From: the human T2T-CHM13v2.0 reference genome, Homo sapiens
DNA: 64,000 nt
Strand: one strand, 5' to 3'
NCBI RefSeq assembly: GCF_009914755.1
Contig: NC_060930.1
In this document: positions 17,801-32,759 of the stretch, piece by piece
Layout: every line of letters begins with the position of its first letter
How positions within the stretch are numbered: position 1 is the first letter of the stretch
Made by a program: the position numbers and the translations under genes
The notes under the pieces: model-generated
What the model saw: the letters and a program-made list of their open reading frames with translations, nothing else
Told to the model about the DNA's origin: nothing
Databases searched by the model: none

Positions 17801-19109
17801 CTGATCTTTATTTCTTTTCTTCTACTAATTTTGGGTTTGTTTTTCACTTGCTTTTCTAATTTTTTAATATGCATCATTAGATGATTTATTTGAAATTTTC
17901 CTTCTTTTTTGATATAGGTACTTTTAGCTATAAACTTTCCTCTTAATACTGCTTTTTGTTGTATCCCATGGGTTTTGGTATGTTGTGTTTCCAATATCAT
18001 TTGCCTCAAGAAAATTTAAAATTTCCTTCTTAATTTCTTCATTGGCTTACTTGTCATTCAGAAGCATATTTTTAAATTCCCATGTATTTGTATAGTTTCC
18101 AAAGTTTCTCTTGTTATTAATTCTAGTTTTATTCCATTATGGTCAGAGAAGATACTTGATGTTATTTCAGTTTTTTGAGTCTTTTAAGATGTGTTTTGTG
18201 ACCTAACATATGGTCTATCCTTGAGAATGATCCATGTGCTGAGGGAAAGAATGTGTACTCTGTGGATGAAATGTTCTATAAATATCTATCAGATTCATTT
18301 GGTCTATAGTGCAGATTAAGTCTGATGTTTCTTTCATGATTTTCTTTCTGCAAGATCTGTCCAATGCTGAAAGTGGAGTGTTGAAGTCTCCAGCTATTAT
18401 TTTACTGGGGTCAGTCTCTCTCTCTTTAGCTCTAATAATATTTACTTTATACATTTGGGTGCTCCAGTGTTGGTTGCATGTATGTTTAAAGTTGTTATAT
18501 CCTGTTGATGGGTTGATACCTTTATTATTATATAGTGACTTTCTTTGTCTCTTCTTATAGTTTTTATGTCAAAATCTATTTTGTCAGATATACATACAGC
18601 TACTTCTGCTCTTTTTTTGGTTTCTATTGGCATGGAATATCTCTTTTAATCTTCTTATCTATAGTCTATATGTGTCTTTATAGGTGAAGTGTGTTTTGTG
18701 TATGCAACAGATAAATTGATCATGTTTTTTAAATCCATTCAGCCACTCTATGTCTTTGATTGGAGAGTTAGTACGTTTACATTCAGTGTTACTATTGGTA
18801 AGTAAGAACTTACTCCTGCCATTTTGTTAGTTATTTTCTGGTTGTTTTGTGGTCTTTCTTTCATTCCTGTCTTCCTCTTAATGAACGCGATTTTCTCTGG
18901 TGATATGATTTTGTGCATCCATTGTATGTTTTTTGGTTTGAGGTTACCATGAGGCTTGTAAATACTATGTTATAACCCATTATTTTAAGCTGATAACAGC
19001 TTAACACTGTTTGCACAAGCAAGCAAATAAACAAACAAGCAAAATGAAAACCAGTAAAAACTCTACACCTTAGCTTCATCCCCTGCTTTTTATCTTTTTT
19101 TGTTTCCAC

Positions 19110-20491
19110 TTTTTTTTGATCCTAAAGATCACTTTGTTTTATTTCACTATACTAATTTCTTAAAAAAAAACTTTTATTTTAGATTCAGGGATACATGTGC
19201 ATGTTTATTATATAAACTTGTGTCATGGGGGTTTAATGTACAGATGATTTTCTCACCTAGGTACTAAGCCTAGTACCCAATAGTTATTTTTTTCTGATCC
19301 TCTCCCTCCTCCCACCCTCCACCCACAAGTAGGCCCTAGTGTCTTTGTTCCTTTGTGTCTAAGTGTACTCAGTATTCAGCTCCCACTTATAAGTGAGAAC
19401 ATGCAGTATTTGGTTTTCTGTTCCTGTGTTAGTTTGCTAAGGACAATGGCCTCCAGCCCCATCCAGGTTCCTGCAAAAAACATGACCTCATTCTTTTTTA
19501 TAGCTACATAGTATTCTGTAGTGTATATGTACAACATTTTCTTTATCCAATCTGTCATGATGAGCATTTAGGTTGGTTCCAAGTCTTTGCTATTGTGAAT
19601 AGTGCTGCAGTGAACACTCATGTGTGTATGTTTTTATGGTGGAATGATTTATATTCCTTCAGGTATATACCCAGTAATTGATTGCTCAGTCGAATGATAG
19701 TTCTGTTTTTAGCTCTTTGAGGAATTGCCTCACAGCTTTCCACAATGGTTGAACTAATTTACACTCCCACCAACAAGTGTTTCCTTTTCTCTACCACCTT
19801 GCCAGCACCTGTTATTTTTCAACTTTTTAATAGTAGCCATTCTGAGTGGTGTGAGAAGGTATCACATTGTAGTTTTAATTTGCATTTCTCTAATGATCAG
19901 TGATATTGAGCCCTTTTGCACATGCTCATTAGCCACATGTATGTCTTCTTTTGAAAAGTATCTGTTCATGTTCTTTGCCCACTTTTTAAAGAGGTTGTTT
20001 GTTTTTTTCTTGTAAACTTGTTGAAGTTCCTTAAAGATGATGGACATTAGATTTTTGTCAGATGCATAGTTTGCAAATCTTTTCCCATTCTGTAAGTTGT
20101 CTGTTTACTCTGTTGATAGTTTCTTTTGCTGTGCAGAAACTGTTTAGTTTAATTAGATTCCGTTTGTCAATTTTTGTTTTTGTTGCAATTGCATTTGGTG
20201 TCTTTATCGTGAAGTGTTTGCCAATTCTTATGTCCAGAATGGTATTTCCTAGGTTGTCTTCCAGGGCTTTTATCATTTGGGTTTTACATTTAAGTGTTTA
20301 ATCTATCTTGAGTTGATTTTTGTATATAGTGTAAGGAAGGGTTCTGGTTTCAATTTTCTGCATATGGCTAGCCAATTATCCCAGCACCATTTATTAAACA
20401 GTGAGTCCTTTTCACATTGCTTGTTTTTGTCAGCTTTGTCGAAGATCAGATGCTTGTAGGTGTGTGGTGTTATTTCTGGGATCTCCATTCT
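19110..20491 (-). mobile_element. 5'-truncated L1PA15/16-like insert nested in the L1MA
   Basis: L1PA-type 3'UTR from about 19171, then ORF2 C-terminal ORFs 19376..19567, 19862..20047, 20058..20276 and 20303..20488. The host sequence resumes at about 20492. Confidence 0.85.
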
Positions 20492-20831
20492 TTTTGTACT
20501 ATCTAGGTCTTGAAAAGTTGTTGTAGTTGTTATTTTTGGTTAATTGTTTAGCCTTTCAACCTAGGATAAGAGTAGTTTACACACTATAGGTACAGTGTTA
20601 TAATGTTCTGTGTTTTTCTGTGTACTTAGTATTACCAGTGAGTTTTGTACCTTCAGGTGACTACTTATTGCTCATTAACATCATTTTCTTTCTGATTAAA
20701 GTACTTTCTTTAGCATTTCTTGCAGGACTGGTCTGGTGTTGATGAAATCTCTCAGCTTTTGTTTGTCTGGAAAAGTTTTTATTTCTCCTTCATGTTTGAA
20801 GAATATTTTTGCTAAGTATGTTGTTCTAGGG

Positions 20832-22935
20832 TGTTATGGTTTGGCTCTGTGTCCCCACCCACATCTCATCTCAAATTGTAATCCCCATGTGTTGAGGGAG
20901 GGACCTGGTAGAAGGTGATTTGTTCATGGGGGTGGTTTCTCCCATGCTGTTCTCATGATAGTGAATGAGTTCTCATGAGATCTGATGGTTTTATAAGTGT
21001 TTGGAAGTTCTTCCTTTACTCTTCTTTCCCCTGCTGCCTTGTGAATAAAATGCTTGCTTCCCCTTTGCCTCCTGCCATGACTATAAGTTTCCTGAGGTTT
21101 CCCCCACCATGTGGAACTGTGAGTCAATTAAACCTCTTTCCTTTAAAAATCAGATATTTCTCAGATATTTCTTTATAGCAGCATGCGAACAGACTAATAC
21201 AATTAATTGGTACCAAGAGTTTGGGGTACTACTATAAAGATACCTGAAAATGTGGAAGTGACTTTGGAAATGAGTAACAGGTAGAGGTTGGAACAGTTTG
21301 CATGGCTCAGAAGAAGACAGAAAGATGTGGGAAAGTTTCGAACTTCCTAGAGACTTGTTGAATGGTTTTGACCAAAATGCTGATAGTGATATGGACAATG
21401 AAGTCCAGGATGAGGTGGTCTCAGATGGAGATGAGGAACATATGTTTAAAAGGGATGCAGAGCATAAGATTTGGAAAATTTGCAGCCTGACAATGCAATA
21501 GAAAAGGAAAACACATTTTCTGGGTAGAAGTTCAAGCTGGCTGCAGAAATTTGCATGAGTAATGAGGAGATGAATGTTAATCCCCAAGACATAGGGAAAA
21601 TGTTTCCAGGGCATGTCAGAGATCTTGGCAGCAGCCCCTCCCATCAGAGGCCCAGAGGCCTAGGAGGAAAAAATGGTTTTGTGGGCTGAGCCCAGGACCC
21701 TGCTCCTGTGTGTATCCTTGGGATTTGGTTCCCTGTGTCCCAGCCACTCCAGCTCCAGCCATGGCTAAAAGGGGCCAAGGTACAGCTTGGGCCATTGCTT
21801 TAGAGGATGCAAGCCCAAAGCCTTGGTGGCTTCCACATGGTGTTGGGCCTGCAGGTGCACAGAAGTCAAGTATTGAGGTTTGGGAATCTCCACTTAGATT
21901 TCAGAGGATGTATGGAAATGCCTGGATGTCTAGGCAGAAGTCTGTTGCAGGGGCAGAGCCCTCATGGAGAACCTCTTCTAGGGCAGTGCAGAAGGGAAGT
22001 CTGGGGTTGAAGCCCCCACACAGAGTCTCCACTGGGGCACTGCCTAGTGAAGCTGTGAGGCCACCACCCTCCAGATGCTAAAATGGTAGACCCACCAACA
22101 ATTTGCACTGTACATCTGGAAAAACTGCAAGCACTCAACATCAGCCCATGAAGGAGCTGCCCAAGGCTGTGGGAGCCCACCCCTTGCATCAGCATGCCCT
22201 GGATATGAGACATGGATTCAAAGAATATCATTTTGGAGCTTTAAGATTTAATGACTGCCCCCTGGATTTTGGACTTGCATGGGGGCCTGTGCCCCTTTGC
22301 AAGAAATTGTTTTGGACAATTTCTCCCATTTGGAATGGGAGCACTTATCCAATGCCTGTACCTCCATTGTGTCTTGGAGATAACTAACTTGCTTTTGATT
22401 TTACAGACTCCTAGGTGGAAGGGAATTGCCTTGTCTCAGATGAGACTTTGGACTTGGACTTCTGGGTTAATGCTGGAATGAGTTTACATTTTGGGGGACT
22501 GTTAGGAAGGCATGACTGTGTTTTGAGATATGAGGACACAAAATTTGTGAGGGACCAGGGATGGAATTATATGGTTTGGCTCTGTGTTCCCACCCAAATC
22601 TCATCTCAAAGTGTAATCCGCAGGTATTGAGGGAGGGAACTGGTGGAAGGTAACTGAATCATGGGAGTGGTAGCCTCCATGTTTTTCTTATGATAGTGAA
22701 TAAGTTCCCATGTGATATGATAGCTTGATAAGTGTTTGGAAGTTCCTACTTTGCTTTTCTCTCTCCTGCTGCCTTGTGAAGAAAGTGCTTGCTTCCCCTT
22801 CACCTCCTGCCATGATTGTAAGTTTCCTGACGCCTCCCCTGCCATGTGCAACTGTGAGGCAATTAAACTTCTTTCTTTTATAAATTACCCAGTCTTGGGT
22901 ATTTCTTAACAGCAGCATGAAAATGGACTAATACA
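20832..22935 (+). mobile_element. Complete THE1D-like MaLR element: 5'LTR 20832-21201, internal 21202-22566, 3'LTR 22567-22935
   Basis: Both LTRs start T(G/T)(T/A)TATGGTTTGGCTCTGTG and end GACTAATACA. The internal region starts ...aattggtacca, with a purine tract before the 3'LTR. 5-bp TSD taggg / tagga. Confidence 0.92.
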
Positions 22936-25900
22936 TAGGATTAAGGTTTTGTTCCTTCAATATTTTAAATGTTTCATTCCACTCTCTCCTGGCCTGTTAG
23001 GTTTCTGAAAAGCTTGCTGCTATATGTATTGGAGGTCCATTATATGTTATTTGTCTCTTTTCTCTTGCTGCTTTTAGGATCCTTTATCCTTGATCTTTTG
23101 GAGTTTGGTTATTAAATGCCTTAATGTAGTTTTCTTTGGATTAAATCTGCTTGGTGTTCTATAACTTTCTTGTATTTAGATATTGATATCTTTCTCTAGG
23201 TTGGGGAAATTCTCTCTTACTATCCCTTTAAATAAACTTTCTACCCCTATCTCTTTCTCTACCTCCTCTTTAATGCTAGTAACTCTTAGATTTGCCATTT
23301 TCAGACTATTTTCTGAGTCCTGTAGACATGATTCATTGTTTTTTATTCTTTTTTATTTTATCTCCTCTGGCTGTGTATTTTCAACCTATCTTCAAGTTCA
23401 CTAATTCTTTCTTCTGCTTGATCAGTTCTGCTATTAAAAGACTCTGATGCATTATTCAATATGCCAATTGCGTTTTTCAGCTCAGAATTTCTGGCTAATT
23501 CTTTTTGATTATTTTAATCTTTTAGTTAAATTTATCTGATAGACTTCTGAATTCCTTCTCTGTGTCCTCTTAAATTTCTGTGTTTCCTCAAAACAGCTAT
23601 TTTGAGTTCTCTTTCTGAAAGGCTACATATCTCTGTCTCTCCAGGATTGGTCCCTGGTAACTTATTTAGTTCATCTAGTGAGGTCATACTTTTCTGGATT
23701 GTTTTAATACTTGTAGATGTTATTCAGTGTCTGGGCATTGAGGAGTTAGATATTTATTGTAGTCTTCATAGTCTGGGCTTCTTTGTACTCATCCTTCTTG
23801 GGAAAGCTTTCCAGATATTCAGAATAACTTGGCTGTTGTGTAAGCTGTATCTGCATTAGGGAGCACCCAGAACCCAGTAACACTGTGGTTCTTGCAGACT
23901 CGTAGAGGTACTGCCTTGATGGTCTTGGGCAAGATCTGACAAAATTCTCTGGATTACCAGGCAGAAACTTTTTATTTTCCGTTACTATCTCTCATACAAA
24001 CAGAATCTGTCTCTGTTCTGAGCCACTTGAACCTGGGGGTGTAGTGACACAAGCATATCTGTGGCCACCACCTATGACTGCACTGGGTCTGACCTGAAGC
24101 CACTGCAGCACTGGGTCTTGCCCAAGGCCTGCTGTAACTACTCCTTTGCTACTGCCTATGTTCACTCAAGCTGTGGGGCTCTAAAATCATCAGGTAGTAA
24201 AGCCAGCCAGGCCTGTGTCCTTTCCTCCAGGGTAGTGAGTTCCCCAAGACCCCAGGCAAGTCTAGAAGTGTCATCCTGGAGCCAGGGACTACAGTCAAAA
24301 ACCTTAGAAGCCTACCTAGTGTTCTATTGTACTACAATTGAGCTGGTACTCAAACCAGAAGATGTAATCCTTCCCACCCTTTCCTCCCCTTTCCAAAGGC
24401 AGAGGAGCCTCACTGTATGGGCACCACCACCAAAGGCCACAGGGAGTACCAGTAGACTGCTGCCAATGTTCCCTTAAGGACCGAGGGCTGTTAGGTCAGC
24501 TTGTGGTGAATACTCCCTGGCCTGGTACTCACATTTTGGGGCAGGGGGCTCCCCTCTGGCCCATGGCAGGTCCAGAAATGCTGTTCAAGAGCGAAATCCT
24601 AGAATCTGGGATGCCAAGAGACTGCTTGGTGCTCTAACTCCCATGGCTGGGCTGATACCTAAGATCCAAGACAAAGTCCCCCTTACTTTTCCCTCTGCTT
24701 TTCTGAAGCAAAAGGAGTTTTGGCCCGTGGACACTCAGCTCATAATATGCTGTGTCTCACCTGAAGCCAGCAAGTCTCAGAGGCTCACCTCAGCCCCTCA
24801 ATGTAGTACCTGGGTATTGCTGCTGTTTATTTAGGGTCTGAGGGCTCTTTGGTTAGCAGGTGATAAATGTTGCCAGCACTGGGTCCTTCCCTTCAAGGAG
24901 CAGATTCCCTTCTAGCCCAAGGTGTGTCTAGAAATGTCTGGGAGGTAGGGCCTGGAAATGAGGCCTCGTGACTCTGCCCCATGCCCTATTCTCCTGTGGC
25001 TGAGCTGGTATCCAAGATGTGGCCCATTCTTGCCTCTCCTTTCCTCAGGTGTGAAGGAAGAGGTATCTTTTGGAGTTAGGAGATTTGCAGCCTAGGGTTA
25101 GCGGAGGGGTGGTGCCAGCACTCCCTTAGCTGCCCCAGCTGGTGTCTCAGTAGGTCATGTGCCCCACCAGTCCACTGTCTCTGGGCCTGGTTAAGCCCTA
25201 GGATTCACCTAGGTGTTGTAGTCCTTGTGGCCTAGATTGCCTTTCAAATTTATTTAGAGCCCCAGGGCACTTTAGCCTGTGGTGGCAAGGCTTGCAGGTG
25301 GTGATGCTTGTGGGAATTCAAGTTCCAACCACTGGGATCAATGAATGCACCCTGGGTAGAGCTGGTTTAAATAGTCTCTCCTTGGTGGGGCATCAGTTGA
25401 GTTTGGTCTGGTGTTCCTTTCTGCTATAACAGGACAACACTGAGTTCAGTGTCTCACAACTGCCAGCTCTCCCTCCCCCAGCAAACAGAACTGCTCTCCA
25501 CCCCACGCCACTGCTCAGGGAGGGATGGCATTGGTGATTCAAGCCTGTTTTTTTCTATCTCTTCAGTGTCTCTTTCACAAAGTTAAAACTAGGTACTGTG
25601 AGTGCTCACCTGATTTTTGTTTCTTATGAAAGTGTTTTGTTGTGTAGATAGCTGTTAGATTGGTGTCCTTGCAGTGGGGGACACAATTGGTGGAGTCTTC
25701 CATTCCACCATCTTGTTCCTAATTCTTTTTTTTAATGACTAGTATTTAGTTATAAATTAAATAATACCTGAATAAGAATGAAAACACCCAAAGTTGCATA
25801 ATAGTCAAATCCTCAAGGTAGCTATTGGTTTTAGCTAAATGATAAATGATGAGGTAACTAGGACTTCAGCAACAGTATTCGCTATTGATCTTGCTCATTT

Positions 25901-26191
25901 GACATAAACCCCCACGCTCTCACACCATTCAGTTTCACTGGGAAAATGATGTAGATATTTCATGCATTGTTATTCTTGAAAAATAGAAACAGAATTGATG
26001 CTACTATTGCCTTTAAGCTTTTAGGGATTTGAAAACTGTTGACTGGGAAGCACAGTTGTAGTTGGTACATATTTTACTTATGTGTAAGGTAGACTTGCTG
26101 TACAGGCTGCTGTAAGATGAAAATCTGGGTACAGGCGTGGAGATTTTTCCCATTTTCCAATTCCCTTTTTACCTTCCTCGTTTTCAATCAG

Positions 26192-26467
26192 CTTACATCT
26201 TCCACAGCAGTAAGGAGGAGACTGGTGAAGCAGGGCCAGTTGTAGTCAGTCTTTTCCTTTCTGCAGTCTAGAAGGCCCAGGCGGCATCCCTGCTGCCCAG
26301 GTGTCTGCTGGCCTGGCTTCATCAAGCAGCCCTTTTTTCTGCACATGCTCTCCTAATGGCCTCTTTCTGCTTTCCTGAGTGACAATCAAACTGATTCTGA
26401 AGAATATGCTTATAGTCATAAATGTGAACAATAGCGAGCAAAGATCCCTCCTTTCTGAGTACAACAG
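26192..26467 (+). pseudogene. Candidate decayed exon (ends phase 2)
   Basis: Long polypyrimidine tract with AG at 26190-26191. The 3' frame reads VTIKLILKNMLIVINVNNSEQRSLLSEYN, then a weak donor AG|GTTTCT. Confidence 0.35.
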
Positions 26468-27627
26468 GTTTCTGAGGACAATATTTTATTTTTTTTTAAA
26501 TGGACACATTATAATTGTACATATTTATGGAGTACAGTTTGATGTTTTGATACATGTATATGTAGTATAACGATAAAATCAGGGTAGTTAGCATATTCAT
26601 CATCTCATGCATTTATCAACTCTTTATGCTGAAAACATTCAGAAGCTTATCCTCTAGCTATTTTGTCATATACAATACCTTACTGTTAACCGTAGTTCCT
26701 CTACTGTGCAATAGAACCCAGAACTAATTCCTCCTATTTAATGTAACTTTGCACCTATTGATCCACCTCTCGCCATCCTCTTTTCCCCCCACATCTTCAC
26801 AGTCTCTGATAATCACTATTCTACTCTCTACTTCTATGATTTCAACATTGTTTTATTATGTTCCACATAATAATGAGATCATGCAGTATTTGTCTTTCTG
26901 TATCTGGCTTATTTCACTTAATATGGTGTCTTCCAGTTTCATTCATGTAGTCAAAATGACGGGATTTCATTATTTTTTATGGCTGAATAGTATACCATTA
27001 TATATATAATATTATGTGGAATTATATATATATATAATGGTATACAATTCATTGAATGAATATACTATATCCATTATATATATGCATTATATATAATGGT
27101 ATACTATTAAGCCATAAAAAGAATGAATGGATAAAGAAAATGGGATATAAATATATATCTATTCATTCATTGTAGGAAACTTAGATTGATTCCATATCTT
27201 GGCTATTGTAAATAGTGCCGCAATAAACATGGACTGCAGATATCTCTTCAACATACTGATTTCATTTCCTTTGAATATGTATTTAGCAGTGGGATTGCTG
27301 GATTATATGGTTCTATGGCCAATTAAGTTTCAACAAACGTGCCAAGAATACATGTTTTATTATTCTTTATTATTCTATTTTTAATTTTTTGAGGAACCTC
27401 CATAATGTTTTCCATAATGGCTGTAGTCATTTATAATCCCACCAACAGTGCATAAGAGTTCCCTTTTCTCCACATCCTTCCCAACACTTGTTTTCTTTTG
27501 TCTTTTTATAGTAACTGTTCTAACTGGAGTGAGAAAATATCTCATTGTGATTTTGATTTACATTTTCCTGGTGATTAGTATTGTTGAACATTTTTTTTTC
27601 ATACACCCATCATGGCATTTGTGTATC

Positions 27628-27917
27628 TTTTTTTTTTTTTTTTTGAGACAACGTCTCTGTTGCCCAGGCTGGAGTGCAGTGGCATGAACATGAATGACTG
27701 AAGCCTTGACCTCCTGGGCTCAAGTGATCCTCCCACCTCAGTTTATCAAGTAGTCATAGGCACATACCACCACACCTGGCTAATTTTTTAAGTTTTTTGT
27801 AGAGGCAAGGTTTTACTTTGTTGCCCAGGCTGGTGTCAAATTCCTGAGTGCAAGCAATCTTCCTGCCTTGACCTCCCAAAGTGCTGGGATTACATGTGCG
27901 AGCCATTGTGCCCAGCC
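27628..27917 (-). mobile_element. AluJ
   Basis: Two-arm Alu with TSD ttgtg(t/c)atcttttt. Confidence 0.9.
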
Positions 27918-28007
27918 TTGTGCATCTTTTTTATTTCAGAACATCTGTTAAGGTCTTTTGCCCATTTTTAAAGTCAGACCATTATTATTATTATTGCTAT
28001 TGAGTTA

Positions 28008-28270
<263 letters not shown>

Positions 28271-28908
28271 ATATTGAAGTTTTAAAAATATATTTCGGAT
28301 ATTAACCTCTTGTCGGGAGTACAGTTTGCAAATATTTTCTCCCATTCTGTAAGTTGTCTCTTCAGTCTGTTAATTGGTTGCTTTGCTGTGTAGAAGCTTT
28401 TTAGTTTGATATAATCCCATTTGTCTATTTTTTGCTTTTGTTGCTGTGCTTTTGAGGCCTTATTTAAGAAATCTTTGCCAAGCCCAATCTCATGAAGCAT
28501 TTCTCCTGTGTTTCCTTCTAAGAGTTTTGCAGTTTGGGTTTTTACATTTAAGTCTTTAATCCATTTTGAGTTGATTTTTGTCTGTGGTGAGAGGTAGAAG
28601 TCTAGTCTCATTCTTCTGCATGTAGGTATGGAATTTTCCCAGCACTCTTATTGAAGAGACTGTCTTTTCTTCAACATGCATTCTTGGCACGTTTGTTGAA
28701 ACTCAATTGGCCATAGAAGCATGAAGTTGTTTCTGGGCTTTGTATTCTGTTTCCCTTGTCTATGTGTCTGTTTTTATGCCAGTAGCACATTGTTTTGGTT
28801 ACTATAGTTTTATAGTATAATTTGGAGGCAGGTAGTATGATGCCTCTAGCTTTGTTATTTTTACTCAGGATTGCATTGGCTATTTGGGGTCTTTGTGGTT
28901 CCACATGA

Positions 28909-29231
<323 letters not shown>

Positions 29232-29514
29232 TATGAATTTTAGAATTGTTTTTTCTCTTTCTGTGAAGAATGTCATTGGTATTTTAATAGAGATTGCATT
29301 AAATCTATAGATTGTCTTGTGTAGTATGGTCATTTAAACCATATTAAGTCTTCTGATCCATGAACACAGGATATCTTTTCATTTTTGTGTCTTCTTCAAT
29401 ATCTTTTATCAATGTTTTATTGTCTTCAGTGTAGAGATCTTTCACCTCCTTGGTTAAGTTTAGTCCTAGATATTTTAGTTTTGTTGGGTCTATTATAAAT
29501 GAAGTTGTTTCCTT

Positions 29515-30133
29515 TTTTTTAAATTTTATTATTATTATACTTTTAGTTTTAGGGTACATGTGCACAACGTGCAGGTTTGTTACATATGTATACATATGCC
29601 ATGTTGGTGTGCTGCACTCATTAACTCGTCATTTAGCATTAGGTATATCTCCTAATGCTACCCCTCCCCCATCCCCCCACCCCACAACAGTCCCCGGTGT
29701 GTGATGTTCCCCTTCCTGTGTCCATCTGTTCTCATTGTTCAATTCCCACCAATGAGTGAGAACATGCGGTGTTTGGTTTTTTGTCCTTGTGATAGTTTGC
29801 TGAGAATGATGGTTTCCAGTTTCATCCATGTGCCTACAAAGGACATGAACTCATCCTTTTTTATGGCTGCATAGTATTCCATGGTGTATATATGCCACAT
29901 TTTCTTAATCCAGTCTATCGTTGTTGGACATTTGGCTTGGTTCCAAGTCTTTGCTATTGTGAATAGTGCCGCAATAAACATACGTGTGCATGTGTCTTTA
30001 TAGCGGCATGATTTATAATCCTTTGGGTATATACCCAGTAATAGGATGGCTGGGTCAAAAGGTATTTCTAGTTCTAGATCCCTGAGGAATCGCCACACTG
30101 TCTTCTACAATGGTTGAACTAATTTACAGTCCC
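29515..30133 (-). mobile_element. 5'-truncated L1PA3/4-like insert
   Basis: Young L1 3'UTR and ORF2 C-terminus (29739..30098). 13-bp TSD aa(g/a)ttgtttcctt. Confidence 0.93.
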
Positions 30134-30585
30134 AAATTGTTTCCTTGATTCTTTTTTTTAGATAGCTCACTATTAGCATATGAAAATGGTATTGATTTTT
30201 GTATGTTGATATTATATCCTGCAATTTTATTAAATTTGTTTATTAGTTCTGTTTTTTGGTGGTGTCTTCAGAGTTTTCTGTATAAGATTGTGTCGTGTGC
30301 AAACAGTATCAATTTGAGTTCCTCCTTTGCAATTTGGATGCCTTTTATTTATTTCTTTTGCCTAATTTCTCTGTCTAGGACTTCCAGTGTTGCATTGAAT
30401 AGAAGGGGTGAAAGTGAACTTTCTCGCTTTGTTCCTGATCTTAGAGGAAAAGCTTTCAGCTTTTCCCTATTCAATATCATGTTAGCTGTGGGTTTGTCAT
30501 ATATGGCCTTTCTTGTGTTGAGGTACATACCTTCTGTATCTAATTTGTTGAGAGTTTTTATTATGAAGGAATGAATATTGAATTT

Positions 30586-30738
30586 ATATATATATATATA
30601 TTTTTATTTATTTATTAAAATAGAGATGGGGTCTCACTATGTTGCCTAGGCTGATCTTAAACTCCTGGGCTCAAGCAATCTTCCTGCCTTGGCCTTCTAA
30701 AGTGCTGGGATTACAGGTGTGAGCCACCATGCCTGGCC
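30586..30738 (-). mobile_element. FLAM (free left Alu monomer)
   Basis: Single left arm with a (TA)n-containing tail. TSD gaat(a/g)ttgaattt. Confidence 0.85.
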
Positions 30739-31751
30739 AGGAATGTTGAATTTTGTCAAATGCTTTTCCTGCATCTATCAAAATGATCATGTGGGTTTTG
30801 TCTTTCGGTTAATGTTGTGAATCACGTTTATTGATTTACATACATTGAACCATTCTTGCATCCCTGGGATGAATCCCACTTAATCGTAGTGAAGGATTTT
30901 TTAATGTGCTATAGAATTTGATTTGCTAGTATCTTGTTGAGAACTTTTCCATCTATGTTTATCAGGGGTATTTGTCTGTAGTTTTCTTTTTTTGTTGTGG
31001 CTTTGTCTTGTTTTGAATTAGGGCAAGGCTAGCTTCATAAAATGAGTTTGGAACTATTCCTTCCTCTTCAATTTTCTGAAATAGTTTAAGGAGAATTGGT
31101 ATTATTTATTGATTAAATACTTAGTAGAATTCAGCACTGAAGCCATCAGATTCTGGATTTTTCTTTGATGGAAGACTTTTTGTTACTAATTAAATTTTCT
31201 CACTCATTATTGGTGTGCTTAGATTTTCTATTTCTTAATAATTTAAACTTGGTAGGTTGCACGTGTCCAGAAATTTATCCATTTCTTCCATGTTATCAAA
31301 TTTGTTGGTATATAGTTGATCATCATAGTCTCACAATCTTTTGTACGCCTGTGGTGTCAGTAGTAACATCTTCTCTGGTTTTATTTATTTGAGCCCTCTT
31401 TTTATCTTAGCCTAGCTAAGGTTTATTGATTTTGTTTATCTTTTCAAAAAACACAACTCTTCATTTCATTGATCTTTTGAATTGGATTTTTAGGTCTCTA
31501 TTTCATTTATTTCTGCTCTAAGCATTATTATTTTCTTCCTTCTACCAACTTTGGGTTTACTTTGTTCTTGTTTATCTAGTTCCTTGAGGTGCATTGTTAG
31601 GTTGTTTATTAGAAATCTTTTTCTCTTTTTTGATGCAGGCCTTTATGCTATAAACTTTCCTCTTAGAATTGATTTTGCTATGTTCCATAGGTTTTGGTAT
31701 GGTGTGTTTCCATTCTTGTTTGTCTTAAGGAATTTTATAATTTCTCTTTGA

Positions 31752-32103
<352 letters not shown>

Positions 32104-32759
32104 TAATGTCCATATATTTGTAAGGTTTCCTGAGTTTTTCTTGTTGTTGATTTCTAGTTTTATACCATTGTGTTCAGAAAAGATATTTGATATACTCTCT
32201 ACCTTCTTAAATTTTTTAAGAGCTGTTTTGTGACTTAACTAATGATCTATCCTGGAGAATGTTCCATGTGCAATTGAGAAGAATGTATGTTTTGCAACTG
32301 TTGGATGGAACATTTTGTAAATGTCTGTTAGGTCCATTTTGTCTATGGTACAATTTAAGTCCAATGTTTCTTAGTTGACTTTCTGTTTAGATAGTCTACC
32401 CATTGTTGAAAGTGGGGTGTTGAAGTCCCCTACTATTATTGTATTGGAGTCTATCTCTCCCTTTAGATCTAATAATATTTACTTTATGTGTTTGCATGCT
32501 CTGATGTTGAGTGCATATATATTTATGATTGTTATATTCCCTTGTTGAATTGATCCCTTTATCATTATATAATGACCTTCTTTGTCTCTTTTTACAGTTT
32601 TTGACTTAAAATCTATTGTATCTGATACAAGTATAATTACTTCTCACTTTTGGTTTCTGTTTGCATGGAATATCTTATCCTGTCTCTTCAATTTTAGTCT
32701 TCAGTGGTGAGGTGATTGTCTTTAAAGGTGCGGTGAGCCTCTAGCAGGCAGTAAAATGC

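Larger units (their letters stand above)
14335..25718 (-). mobile_element. Full-length L1MA2-like LINE-1 with nested insertions
   Basis: L1MA-type 3'UTR at 14345. ORF2 pieces include 17313..17516 ([10 protein letters not shown]) and 18215..18454 (AGDFNTPLS). ORF1 region about 22940-23700, GC-richer 5'UTR to about 25718, ending with the reverse complement of CAAGATGG. Confidence 0.85.
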
